Positions 42,640 through 55,390 of a stretch of DNA of 64,000 nucleotides are shown piece by piece. A program made the translations under genes and the position numbers. The notes beneath the pieces were generated by a model. That model did not search any database. It saw only the letters and a program-made list of their open reading frames with translations, and was not told where the DNA came from. Numbering within the stretch: the stretch's first letter is position 1; every line of letters starts with the position of its first letter. The stretch covers positions 18,786,001 through 18,850,000 of the forward strand of contig JAQFVV010000004.1 in NCBI GenBank assembly GCA_028023455.1. Reading direction: 5' to 3'. The stretch comes from Epiperipatus broadwayi. Lineage: Eukaryota; Animalia; Onychophora.

Positions 42640-45240
42640 ATTATGATTGATCGATCCTTATCGAGGTTCAAATTTTTTTAAAATAGCAATGAATGTATAT
42701 TTTCTTTTGTCTCAGGCAGAATATTTAAAAATCGCCTCAGGCAACAATATAGTTTGAATACTAGAGTCAGCATATATAATAGTGGGCTTTCTTTTTTAAA
42801 AAAATATATATATATTTTTGAGAGTTGTCAACCATACTATGTCAATTTTGAGGATGTACAGCAGGTAGAAAGGGAAAAACCACCACCATTCCTCCCTGGG
42901 ATCCCATCTCCTATATCTGGGGAAAATGCCATTAGCTATAGAGGTTCGCCCGTATCATCGCGTCAGGGAATGTCGAGGTAAAAGCTTAAGAACAAGCAAG
43001 ACTTCAAATCCTGTCGTCTATGTCCAAATCTTTCTCATTTAAACAAACCTAATTTTGAACTAACCGTAATTTAATTGTATCTATTTAAATCTTAAATGTA
43101 TAAAGTTAAATTTTGTATTGAATACCTGTAATCGATTCTTTAACCCATTTAAATTATTTGGAATTCTCTTAAATAACTCAAGCTCACAGTATTTTAGATA
43201 TTTTATTTTAATATGAAAATATAATATTTGTTTTATACTGATTTCAGTAGTATAAATTTTATGGGTTTTTTTTTTAAAAAAAAAAAACAAACTTCACTCG
43301 CGAGGGTTTTGAAATGAAAATTTGTGAAAGAGCGAATAATATTAAAAGGGGGGAAGGGAGGTTAGCAAAGAAAGTATTTTCAAAGAAAATAAGTTGTTTT
43401 TCTCTTTCTCGCCAGTGAAGTTATATTAAATCAATATATAATAAAATGGGTTTTACATTAGTAATTAGAGTAAGTTTGCTAATGATTACCCAGGATGGGG
43501 TTTGATAAATTTAGATTGTTTTAAAATGATATAAAATTAAAATATACTATATTTTGACCTGGAAACAGCGCTGCTGGGTAGTGTCGGTCTTTTATAAGAG
43601 TTAAAAGTAAAAAAAAGAGAGAAGGGGAATCTATTCAAGAAATATATTTCCTTATTTATTATATTTTTGTTTGTTAATTAAATCTTTTACCTGAAGTGAT
43701 TGGTCGCACAGGTTGACCTTTGTGCAGTATTAGGTTCTTTAAGGCTATCTATTTATAATTATCCCGATTGGGTTAGCCATGAGTGTCAGGTTGATAATGA
43801 ATGCCAAGCATAGTGGATCGAACCTAGAATGGTCAGTTAGTTACGTATAATCTTACTTCGATTTGCACATACTGTGGTGGGCCGGAGTAAGCGAGGTAGA
43901 ATTAGGTAGTCTACATGCTATCCGTACAGCAGACATGGGGCTCCTATAATTTCCTATCTCTTCATTAGGTATCGTTTTTGCAATATCGCGGCTGTACCGA
44001 ATCCTTTTCCTTCGTGGCTGTAGGTGTGCGAGTGTTTGTAAAGCGGCTTGTATTAACCTACATTTATTTTTCTTTCTCTTGCATTCATATTTTTATTAAC
44101 CCAACTTTATTCATTCTTGTATCGCCTATGTAATACATAAGCCATAGAGAAATGATTTTACTACTCGAGAATCTTCAACCTCAGTAATTAATTCTTTTGT
44201 TTTAGTCAGAGATGACTTAAACTATATTAGTCAACTAAGTCATGTTATAGATTTATAAATAAAAAGGGCTAAATTGAATGCAAACTCAATATGGTCTGTG
44301 TGCTTGATGATTAACCATTCCTTAACAGCTTACAGTTCTAAAACATTATAATGTTAATTTTAATAACTTAACGCTGTTCCAGCAAGGTCCACTCTTAAAA
44401 TAAATGATATTATTTTAATGAGAATTTGTTGTTCTTTGTCAAGAAAAGTAAAATAAATGATTTTGGTTTGTTTTTTTTTATTGTTTGTTGTTCATTGTCA
44501 TTTTAGAAAGACGTCATTTTATTATATAATTTCTTAGAAAATTTAAATAAGAAACCGTGTTTTGTTAGACAATCAGTTTATCAAGTTTAAATAGGATGAT
44601 TGACCAATGACAATCCCATTTTTCTTGTAATAAATGCCAACGGAAAATTTATATATACTAAAAACCATGGTCATTTAATTTAATTTTTTTTTTTCTTTTT
44701 TGTGTTTAAATAATATAAACCAATAATTTTGTGACATCTGTAATAAATTAAGAAATGATCGTTATGTGTAAAGACATACTGCATGACACGGTCTTGCATA
44801 AACCTACCTGTATAAATATTAAACTAATGTAGAAAATTGTTCCGTGAGCTTGAGTAAATTGTAAATTAAACAATTAAAAATATATGTATAAAACTAAATT
44901 TCCAGGGTGTTCGAATTATTTTATTTACTTTCTATTTTAGTTGGTATCTTACGTTAAATCATATATATATAAGTGCAATCGCCCAAGGTCTCATTAAATT
45001 ATAATTCTTGTGAATCTTATGCTTTAAGGCTCGGCTCTGGGACAGTGAAAGTGAAGAAATGTGATGTGATCGTTGAGAAATGTTACTGATTAGGTTTTTG
45101 ACCTGGGAATATGGGTAAATAGGGCAGAATCCACGATGTACCTGACTTGTATATCTTGTACATGGTCGGACTCGAGGTACTTTACCTACATCCTGGATCT
45201 TGTTGGATTGATATACGTTTTTCGACCGGTACAATATGTA
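42640..45240. promoter_or_regulatory. CpG-retaining, GC-elevated non-coding cluster (candidate enhancer or internal promoter)
   Basis: About 11 CpGs in 43850-44050 and 5 in 42940-42980 against a CpG-poor background; no recognisable ORF, TIR or TE motif. Confidence 0.4.
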
Positions 45241-46799
45241 TTTTAATATGTGTTATTTAGTAATCTCTGTAGTCATGGAAAGTTTTTATATATATTTGTC
45301 ATTGTTATATATTAACATAATAAAGTAATTGTCAAGTTTAAACCTGGCCTATCTTCAATCTCTTATTCCGTAATATTATAATAGTTACTAAATTAGCATA
45401 ATAAGCTTATGTGGCCGTTATATATAAGATATTTGCTTTTGAAAGTTAGGAATCTGTGCTAAATGATGAAAATTTAATAAAATCTGGAAGGGGGTTTGGA
45501 ATCATATTTGCAGAGTAACTCTCTAAATTAAAGAAATGGCATTCAAGGTTTATAGTAGATTGAAATAAATAAGACTATCCTTGGAAGATTAGATCCTTTC
45601 AATACTGGTTTTATTCCTTCGAAGAGTCCATGGTTTGTAAAACGTAAGCTACAAGTTATTTAAGTGTAAAAAGCACTTGGTTTGATCAGTGTTATAAGTA
45701 AGGATTTATGTTGATATATGTACCATTAATAATGTGGATAGCATCAGTGTATACATGGAAGTATATAGGTTAAAGATGCCATTTAACAATTTCTATTTCC
45801 CATGCCTCTGCAAGTGACATATCAGCATATGGTTATGTATATTGCTATTTTTTAGATTTATCTATGTTCAATTTATGTTAAACGCTCTATCTGCCTCTAT
45901 ATAACTATCCTTATCGTTACAGTATATTAATTTATGAGACATGAATTAAAACATATACTGTATACTAGTTTTGAAGAAAGAATTATTTATGACATATAAA
46001 TTCAAAATAGAAATGTTAAAATATAAAATCATAGTAAGGATAAAATTAATAGGCATATATATCTGTTTGGTATGTGCTGTATATAAATATGCATTACCTT
46101 AGATGGTATGCTGTATATATTTATAAACATGTACTTCTATAGGTTATTTATATATTAATCATTCAACTAAATACATGTATTTTTAAAAAACTTTATTACA
46201 AAATCATTATCTTGTTAAAATATTAAGTAATGTTTTGTCACAACTCTGAAGAAGACTGCTAAACAGGCAAAATATGAAAGATGAATAATAAAACAATACT
46301 GATAAAAAATGTAATTAGTATGCATTATATTTGAAAAATAGTGTTCATATATCATAATTACATTCCTAAAAAAATGATACTATACTATTATGTGAGGTAT
46401 ATATTCCAGACCAATAAAATAATTCAAATTTACATGCAAATGTACAAGCTTATAAATAAAAAAAAACCTATATTATAATTGCCAACTAATAATCAGATGA
46501 GACTAAAAAAAATATTGACAAAACAAATATATATATATATATTATTACAATGGCTAGTTTGTTATTTTGAAATATAAGTTATCCCAATTAAGTGTGATTT
46601 TCACTTTATGGAACAGCAAATAAAAAATAAGGTAACAATCTGAAAACAAATTTTAAATTATTTTTTTTTAAATACTTAGCCTTCAATTATTTTTAGCATT
46701 ATTGGGATATGGTTGTGAATGATATCTAATTTGGAGCAAGTATGAAAAATATGGTGCTATAATTCTGCTGCCTTATAATAAAGCACCATGAATCTTTTC

Positions 46800-48330
46800 C
46801 ATTTTTGTAGTTTCTTTTAATTCTTAAAAATGTAAGGTAGGTAGAGCTTCTAAATTTAGATTCAGTAGGAAGTCAAAGTACACTGATTCTTGTGACCAAT
46901 GTCTATATTTTTGGCAATTGCTTATTGCTGATGTGTAATTTAGTCTCTTCTAAGGCAGCTATGGAAAGATGGAGAAGTGAGACCTCTCAGTACATAGGGC
47001 AAAACAGGAGTTTCTGAATATCAGGTAGATGCTCAATCAGTCTTACAATAGTCATTATGGGGAGGTGGTCAATTAGTTGGTTCGATTTTGAATGCATGCA
47101 TGAGGTTTGAAGAATTCATTACAATTGCAGAGATTACATTGAGTTTTTTGTACATTAAATACATGAAGATTATGTAATTCAGGTTGAATGTGTGTCAAGA
47201 GGCATTAGAGTTTTGTAGTTGAGATTGTTACCATTTTTCCCAGAGCAGCTAAAAAGTGTATACTTGCCAAATAAAGATTTTTGTGAAAAATTATAATGGT
47301 ACTATATTAAGCCACTGGTAAGAGTTAGTATGTTAAATAAGGGAGTTTTCACATAAAGCAATAGATAGGATTTTGAAAGTGAATGAGTGTTTGCCAGGCA
47401 CAAGACTTATCCGGATTAAATTCAAGTTTGAACAGATTATTAAACTCAATAATAATGCTGAGGAATTGTGGTATTTGGTTTCCATTAGTTAAAAAAAAAA
47501 ATGGAATAGATCATTCATGTAAATGATGCATGAGATGTTGACATTTATCTGTAATATTCTAATTCCTATTAATTGGTTAAAAGATTGTTATAGAGGGTAA
47601 ACAAAAGGAGATGAAGCAATATGGAATGTCAGCGAGGGAAGGGATTTATATCATTTAGAGTTATATAGATTTCTCGTTTAAAAAATACAATAAGATTTGG
47701 TGGGTTTTGCTTTTTGTGAGCAAACTAATTAGCTTATCTATGGATACGGAGTTAAAGACCGATAGGATGTCTAGTTGCAAAACTATGGGGCTGCATTTTT
47801 GTTTCTTACTATATCTATAACTGGCTTCTTTAGTGGTAGAAGATGCCCTTTTTTTGCAAATTAGAATTTGAATAGTAGAGTTAGTATAAATGGTTCTATT
47901 TTGTCTTCTAGTATAAAGATTCTAGAATTTTGATGCTAAGAAGTCTCATTTAGATAAGTCAAAGATTCTCTAAGTGTAGTTTCACTTTTCTGTTTTTCCC
48001 AAAAAAAGATACTGGCTAAATTTTCTAGATACTGAGTTGTAAAATAGTTAAGTGTGAAAAAACTATTTGTGGGATGCCATGTTTGCCTAGGTGACATCAA
48101 TATGGCATTGTGCTTATTTTTTGGGTGAACTCTCTAACTGTGAATGATATGTTTTTCAGAGGTGTTTACGAATTGAGGGGGAGAAATGAAAGTTTTCCTT
48201 TTTTGTAGTTTATCTCTGGAGTGAAAAAAAATTAGCTTAGGCATATACTCATCACACAAGGTTTTATTCTGTAGTTTGAGGGCAGTGAGGACACATATCA
48301 CTGATGCTCAACCTAAGATCTATCTGATAG
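46800..48330 (-). mobile_element. Degenerate non-LTR retrotransposon RT remnant (clade unclear)
   Basis: VLQLDILSVFNSVSIDKLISLL at 47718-47783 resembles RT motif LDxxxAFDSV; decayed IP...SxLLFTLY and YxDD-like segments follow. Confidence 0.55.
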
Positions 48331-49713
48331 TTACTGCATACTGTTAAATATTGTACATTTTATATACAATATGCAATTGTGATATGAAAAAAATATCATA
48401 CACATCTCATTTTAATTATTTAAGTAGTTTTCATTTGTTTACTTCATTGTAATATTGTTTTTTTAATTGTTTTTTTATTTTACTTATAAATATTAAATGT
48501 TAATAAAATAATTAATAAAATATACAATATCTTCATATCAGCAGCCATTTGTCGACATAACCCAATATAATATTTGCTTTTAATATGTATATATATAAAA
48601 ACCTATGAAGCAATCTAATTTTTAAACTGCATACATTAAGATGTCAAAAAAATAGAATAAAACAGTTTTAAAAACCACTTGTAAAATAGTCAGCTGAACA
48701 GTTTTAAAAACCACCTCACATAGTCAGCTGAGCACAAAATTTATACACGCAGAATTTACAAACTCAAATTTATAAATTTGTAATTTTTTTTATTTATGGA
48801 AATATCTAGTTTTTTATTTAATACTTTTTTAAAACGACAGATTACTGCAACTGTAAAAAAGACGAGCACATAGTTAAGGAATGTAAGCCAACAATAAATG
48901 CACTAATAAAATAATATAATGGTAAAGTAACTTTTAATCCATCCTTTACAATAATAATATAGGTAATATATTTTTGGGTGAATAAAATATATAATTCACT
49001 TTACAGTAATACTTGCTTAATATTAGGTCCAAAATTTTTTTAATCTCTTCAGACATTTCAGATTTGACAGCTATTGTCTAATGATTGTCTTTTTCCTTAG
49101 CCAAACATCCGTTTTGCATAAACAGTAGCTAATAAACAATATTTTTGTTATTAAAAAAATCATTACCATTTCATTTTTGTAAGCTAAAAAAAGATAGTAA
49201 TTTCAATTTTCAAACATTTTAAAGAGTCTTTTGTGATGTCTTTATTTTACCACTTTCTTGTAGGTCTAAGGGGAAAAAATATTTTTTTGTAAAAACTTGA
49301 AAAGAATTAATGATAAAAAAAAATTAACCCCTCCTCCCCCTTCCCTTTTTTTATTTCTTTTAAAAAAAGATGGGAAGGGATAAACTTTAAAAGAGTAAAT
49401 AAAAGTAACGTGAAAGGCTAAAACCTTCAACAGAAGCGCCTTAAAGTAAAAAAATTATTAACAATCCCCCCTCCTCCATAAAGGGGAAGGGGTGAGAATT
49501 CTTAAGGAATAAAACAGCAAAATTAATAGTATCAAAATATTTTTAATAATTTAAATATAAAAAAATATTACAAAAATATTTTATAAATTAATACTTACTT
49601 TTAATATCTATTAAAATATAAATTATCATTTCAAAAATTTTATGTTAATATTTTAAAAATATAATTTGTAAACGTTTTCTAAATAGCAACTGTTTGAGGC
49701 TTTTAATACTTAC

Positions 49714-50357
49714 AGTAATGACATAAGTTTCTGCTAGTAGATTTTCCCGGACTCTGGCTTTGTGTTTGTTATACTCCGTACAATTTGGGAATACTGGCTT
49801 ATGGTCATTAACATCCGTTATGGCCACCAGGACTCTGGCCGTGCTAGTGTGCCGTCCTGGTGTGTACGGCAGTCCACAACACGTTCCGTCATCAGTGGCA
49901 GTGACATTCAGCTCATATTTATCCTGTTCAAATTTTACTTGTTCATTGATGAGACGAATCACACCCGTGTTTTCGTCTATAACGAAATAACCCGATCTGA
50001 TTCCTCCATCTACGAAACCGTATTTCACTCCATCGCCATCTATATCAGTGGCTACTACTGTTGTAACCAAAGCATTTGGTGGAGCATTTTCTTCAATAGT
50101 GGGTGCATAAATGTTCTGACTAAAATATGGTAATTCATCATTAGTATTTTTTGTGAAAATGCGCACTGTAGCAGTTCCACTCTTGGCAGGAGTACCGTGA
50201 TCAGTTGCTGTGACGATGAACTCGTACTTTTTGATGTAATCGGCATCCAGTTTCGCCGCAGAGTAGATGATGCCATTCCCCAGAATAGTGAAGTTATTAT
50301 TGTTGATGGAGTAAGTGATTGCAGCGTTTGAACCCGAGTCAGCATCTGTCGCTGTAA
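49714..50357 (-). CDS. CadN: Type III classical cadherin (DN-cadherin-like), next coding exon; about two EC repeats
   Basis: Acceptor ttttttatatacag (AG 50359-50358), donor ACT|gtaagt (49713). Phase 1 joins the previous exon (G+TT=Val); 644 bp = 2+214 codons, open throughout: TATDADSGSNAAITYS...LDADYIKKYEFIVTATDHGTPAKSGTATVRIFTKNTNDELPYF...KYELNVTATDDGTCC...HTSTARVLVAITDVNDHKPVFPNC. The DDGxCC...HTSTA and PVFxxC features are DN-cadherin-like. Confidence 0.95.
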
Positions 50358-53300
50358 CTGTATATAAAAAAATTTAACAACATAAACAAATATATAAAAT
50401 AGGTTTACTTTTAAAAATTTATGACATAAAAAAGTTATAATTTTATATAAATGCAAATTAATAAGAAAATATATTTATTTAATAATACTTTTAAAATACA
50501 TATGCATGTATTCTTGATAAATATTTGACGATTGTAAGATTTGTTCGTTAATTCATTTAATGAATAACTTTTAATACTTTTACAGTAATTGGTTCTTTAT
50601 TATTAAATAAGTTAAGATAATAAAAAAATATGAAAGATTTAGAAAATATAGTTCATAGGCACAATGTACTTTATGGCTAGCAATGTTAATATTATAAAAG
50701 AAAAAAAAATGAGGCAGACGGTTAAAATTTTTTTTACAATTAATATATTTTAAATAAAAAAACGTAACAAAGTAAGTGTTTTATTAATTTACTTATACAA
50801 ACAAAAAATAATGATTTAAAAATAATCCTAATCAATACCAATATTTATGATAACTGTAAAAAAAGAAATTTATATTGTTAAGAAAGTAATAAACATTAAT
50901 AAATGTGAAGTGCCTATGATTTAAAACAATTTATAAGATTTAGTTCTAATTCAATATTTAAACATATATATTAAAAAATTGTCACTCATTTCATTGTCAG
51001 TCATATGGTATTCCACATGACAACAAACTAGTTTCCAGCATTGTGAGCAAGGATGCTAATAAATATAGCATTTAAAAGATACTTATTTAGTGGATATAAT
51101 AACTCATTATGATATTAAACGATAAACATAGGTTGAGAATCAGAGGAAAATCTATGTTTACTTTCATTTGTTAAATATACAAAATTACAAAGTTTTAGAA
51201 CTTATTCAGAGTTATCGAAATAAGTTATCTTAAATATAAAATTATTGTTTGATGGTAATTTTGAGTAATTACTTTTCTTTTGATTGTATGTATATATAAA
51301 ACATTTATTCATAATAAACACAAATATATTAGATAATAAATAAATAATAGAACTTAAAATGTAATTAAAATTTGATTAAGTGATGAGACGTACAATGTCC
51401 ATATATGCATGAACATTTTAAAATCTAAAACATCGTGTATTATTCTAGATTCATGGAAGATTAAAATCCATATACAGTTCAGGATTTCTTTCTAGTAAAC
51501 CACTCATCAATATTTATTGTTTTATTTAGTTAGTTATCATAACTCAGTGTTCTATAACCTAAGTTTCTTAGCAACATATATGAATGGGAGCTACCAAATA
51601 TTTCTGAGATATTTGTCCAATTTATTTGTTATATATTATTCCTGGGATAATAATAATAATAATACGGTCCACCACAATGAGATATGCATTTCCGGTGTTG
51701 GAACATGTGTAAACAACCCACCAATTTATTAAAAGATTTGGATAATATGAATGAAAAAATGATTCTATATATGTATCCTCTGGTTGTATATGAGAAAACA
51801 AAATTTAATTTTCTTCAATGCAAAATATATCCAATTTTAATCATTAGTATTATTTTGATTTCATTGACGACATTATCGCCATTATTCTTGGATTCTTATA
51901 TTCTATTTTCAATAAATGCATATGTATGTATTATTCAAATTTAAACACATATATTCATAATTTCCATTAAAAAATGAATAAATCCTTTACTGGGCGGTAT
52001 TAATGCATTCCGGTTGTTATTAAGCTTAATTCAAATGTAGAGACATGCCTTTCTTTGTAGCTATTCATTTTAAGTTTTCTTTAACATGTTTTTTTTTTTT
52101 TGAGTAAGTACATCTTTCCATTGTTCTTTATAATAAAAAAATCTTTGTCCTTACAATATTTTTTCCTTTGAAAATAGGCAATGTCCATATATTAAAAAAA
52201 AACAAATTAATGACTTGCTTGTTATCTCTTTTGTTTCTTAGTCACTTAAAAGGTTCATTACTGTTATATATGATTCGCTCAAGGCATTCCTTTTATAAAA
52301 ATTTCCTAAGTAATTATTGTTATAATTAAATTCATTTTAATATCATTTAAATACACAAACATATTCATACACCTATAAATGTATTGTATTATCTATTTAT
52401 TAAGTCCCATGAAATATGCATGCATAAAAAAATATGTTTTTCTGAAATAAATTTGAATTATGATTCTACTCTTGAAATTAAAATATTATTTTAATTTCTA
52501 TTACAGAGAAACTTATTTCTTTTAAAATTGAGTGATGTTTTGAAAATGAAATGTTAAATAAAGCACTTGTATTCTTATAAGATGATATAAATCATTATTA
52601 TTTTCTAATATTTATATGTACAACTATTAAAGAAAAATATATTCACATCATGTGATGGGATGGAGGTTTAAAAAGACATGGACTAAGTACTTCAATAATT
52701 AAAATCCTATTAAAAAATTTTTTTTTATGAAATATATATACCTAGGACATGAGGTGATGGTTTCATGCCATAATGGCACAATTTAAAAGTGCAATCGCGT
52801 ATACTTTTGAATTTTAATACTTATTACACAATGAATTTTAATGAACTTCATGAAAAAAATCAAGTTTTTAATTATTACAAAAATTTTCTTGAAGTAATCT
52901 TGCAAATGCTCTTAAAACATTGCAAAGAAATTAATTCCATCAAATACATGAAAGCAGGAGTAAAATAGTTTGACCTTGCCACCTATTTTCTACTAACATC
53001 TTTAGGTTGTTTTTTTTTAATTAAAAAATGAATATTTAAAAGTACACAATTTTGCTGTTTAAATAAAAAAAAAATTAGCAAAATATTTCAATAAATGGCT
53101 GTACAAGTACAATTTAAAGGAATGATGACAGTTATTTCTTTTGATTTTTCTAACTGAAGACTTTAATGTCACTTTAAGAAAGAATTATCATGATAATTAC
53201 AAAATAGCTATCATTTTAAAAAAAAAAGTGGATGTTTTCAAAAAAAATTGTGAAAAATTTTTTTAAAAAAATTGTTATGGTGAATATAAATCAATGATGA

Positions 53301-53489
53301 TTGTTATGGTGAATCCTTATATAAACATCCATTGTATGTGAGATAAACAATGTATATAGCCTATTATGAATGCTGGTAATCATATAGCTTCATATTACTG
53401 TATTTAATTAAAAAATTGCTTCACAAAAATAAATACTATTATGTATATATTTTTAAAAATTATAAATCTAATACTTCTGTTATTATAAA

Positions 53490-54395
53490 ATGTAAATCAC
53501 AGTATAACAATATGACTATTGAATAAAAAAGAGAAACTTTAAAATAATGTAAAACACTGTTGCCAAGTGCTTTCAACTCCTTTGAGTCCTTATCAAGGCT
53601 GTATAAAAATCGTTTTTATCCTACTAAGTGATAAACTCAAACTATTCATTATATAGGCCAGGCACAACTAATCCGAAAACTAGCTAACTTTGCATTAATA
53701 ACTCCAGAATAATTTTTTATAGCATATGATTCCTTGATCTTATGTTTTTTATCATGTATTTCATACATTAACATACTAAAATCACGTGGAACAACATATA
53801 CACCTAATAATACTTTGATGAATATAGGAAGATAAATAAACTGTATCATCCTCCATTGCCTTTTTATATTTAATATTTGTCTTAGTTTCTCCAATATATT
53901 GCATTACATTCTGGCTATAGGCATTCAATAGAATACACAACAGTGCTTTTATCCTCTTTGCTTGTTATTACCTTAGAATTATTTATTAACCTATTAAGGT
54001 TAGTTGAAATTCTCGATGCTAACCTGAAATTTTGGCTTAAAAATTTTATTATATATTTGTTTATTTTAGGAATAAAAGCTAATGACAACCACGATTTATT
54101 ACTCACAATTATATTAATATTGCTATTACATCTTTTATAATGGTTTAATACAATTAATAACAGTATTTGCTTATTATCCCCAACCTGTATCAAATCCCGC
54201 ATATAACAATCTATATTATCTTAAGAAAATGTTTCATTTGAATATAGTCACTGATTGCACGTTTAAAAAAAACTCAAAAACCAGCCAATTTGTGCATTAT
54301 AGGAATATTAGACTTTGGGTGAATAAATTTAGCCTCTATTATCTATAGCTTTAGCACTATTTTATATACAAATTTATCCACGTATGATATTTGCA
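53490..54395 (-). mobile_element. Penelope-like 3' fragment (RT thumb, GIY-YIG, terminal repeat); left arm of an inverted pair
   Basis: Reverse complement aligns with 54470-55390; encodes decayed STVVYSIECL...GIY-YIG-like segment; hammerhead-like motif at 53561-53601. Confidence 0.8.
53561..53601 (-). ncRNA. Second copy of the hammerhead-like motif
   Basis: Minus strand GCC-TTGATAA-G-GACTC aaag GAGTT-GAAA-GCAC-TT-GGC; helix I GCC/GGC is perfect, helix III palindrome is broken by one change. Confidence 0.55.
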
Positions 54396-54469
54396 AATCT
54401 AAATTCTTGATAGTAGCATTATAGTCCTTTTCCATGGTCCATACTAACCCATTCTGGTTCTGCAAACCT

Positions 54470-55390
54470 TCAAATATCATACATGGATAATAAATTTGTA
54501 TATAAAATGGTGTAAAAGCATATAGATAATAAGGTTTTTTTATTCATCCAATGTATAATGTTTCTATAACGACAAGTTGGCTGGTTTTAGGGGTTTTTTA
54601 ACGAGCAATCAGTTAATACGTTCAAATGAAATGTTTTGTAAAGATAATATAGATTGTTATATGCGAAATTTAATACAAGTTGGGTATAATAAGCAAAGAC
54701 GGTTAACAATTGTGTTAAACCATTATAAAAAGATGTAATAGCAAATACTAATGCAATTGTGAGTACTAAAACATGGATGTCATTAGCTTTTATTCCTAAA
54801 ATTAACAAATATACAAAAAAAGTTTTAGGTCAAGATTTTAGGTTGGCATTGAGAACTTCACCTAACCTTAATAGGGTAATAAATAATTCGAAGATAATAA
54901 CAAGCAGTATTGTGTATTCTATTGAATACCCACAACCAGGTTGTAATGCAATATATATTAGTGAAACTAAGACAAATATTAAATATTGTCTTCAACAGCA
55001 TAAATAAACATAAAAAAAGGCAATGGAGGAAGATACAATTTATACAGTTTTCTATATTCATCAAAGTAATACTTGGCATATATGTTTTCTACAGGAATTT
55101 TGTATATTATTGTATGAAACACATGATAAAAAAATGTAAGATCAAGGAATCATATATTACAAAAAATTCTTCTGGAGCTATTAATGCAAAGTTAACCAAC
55201 AGTTTTCTGATTAGTTATGCCTGGCCAATATAATGAAATGTTCCAAGTTTATCATTTTGTAGGTAATAATGATTTTTATACAGTCTTGATAAGGACTCAA
55301 ACGAGTTGAAAGCGCTTGGCAATGGTGTCTTATATTATTTAAAAGTTTCTGTTTTATACAATAGTCATATTGTTATATTGTGATATGTAT
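54470..55390 (+). mobile_element. Penelope-like 3' fragment; right arm of the inverted pair
   Basis: ORF 54759-55007 SSIVYSIEYPQPGCNAIYISETKTNIKYCLQQHK is GIY-YIG-like; hammerhead-like motif at 55281-55321. Confidence 0.82.
55281..55321 (+). ncRNA. Minimal type I hammerhead-ribozyme-like motif (U3-A8 core variant)
   Basis: GTC-TTGATAA-G-GACTC aaac GAGTT-GAAA-GCGC-TT-GGC: core UUGAUAA instead of CUGAUGA, 5-bp helix II, GAAA, palindromic AGCGCT helix III, helix I GUC/GGC. Confidence 0.62.

Noticed and set aside
42841-43020. GC-rich segment as the missing next cadherin exon
   Set aside because: All three minus-strand frames contain stops and lack cadherin motifs.
48658-48733. 36-bp direct duplication (also 24 bp at ~12352-12400)
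   Set aside because: Ordinary local slippage duplications with no further structure.
50346-50359. Three in-frame YAG acceptors 6 nt apart at the cadherin exon start
   Set aside because: The downstream AGs are explained by Thr-Ala-Thr codons; using them would delete part of the VxAxDxD strand, and nothing in the sequence shows usage.
49645-50456. Track ORFs 49645-50166 (-), 50055-50456 (-), 49760-49990 (+), 49762-50133 (+) as separate genes or a frameshifted exon
   Set aside because: A single frame is open across 50357-49714 (…FTILGNGIIY…); the others are alternate-frame or antisense shadows, and the ORF ends are intronic read-through.
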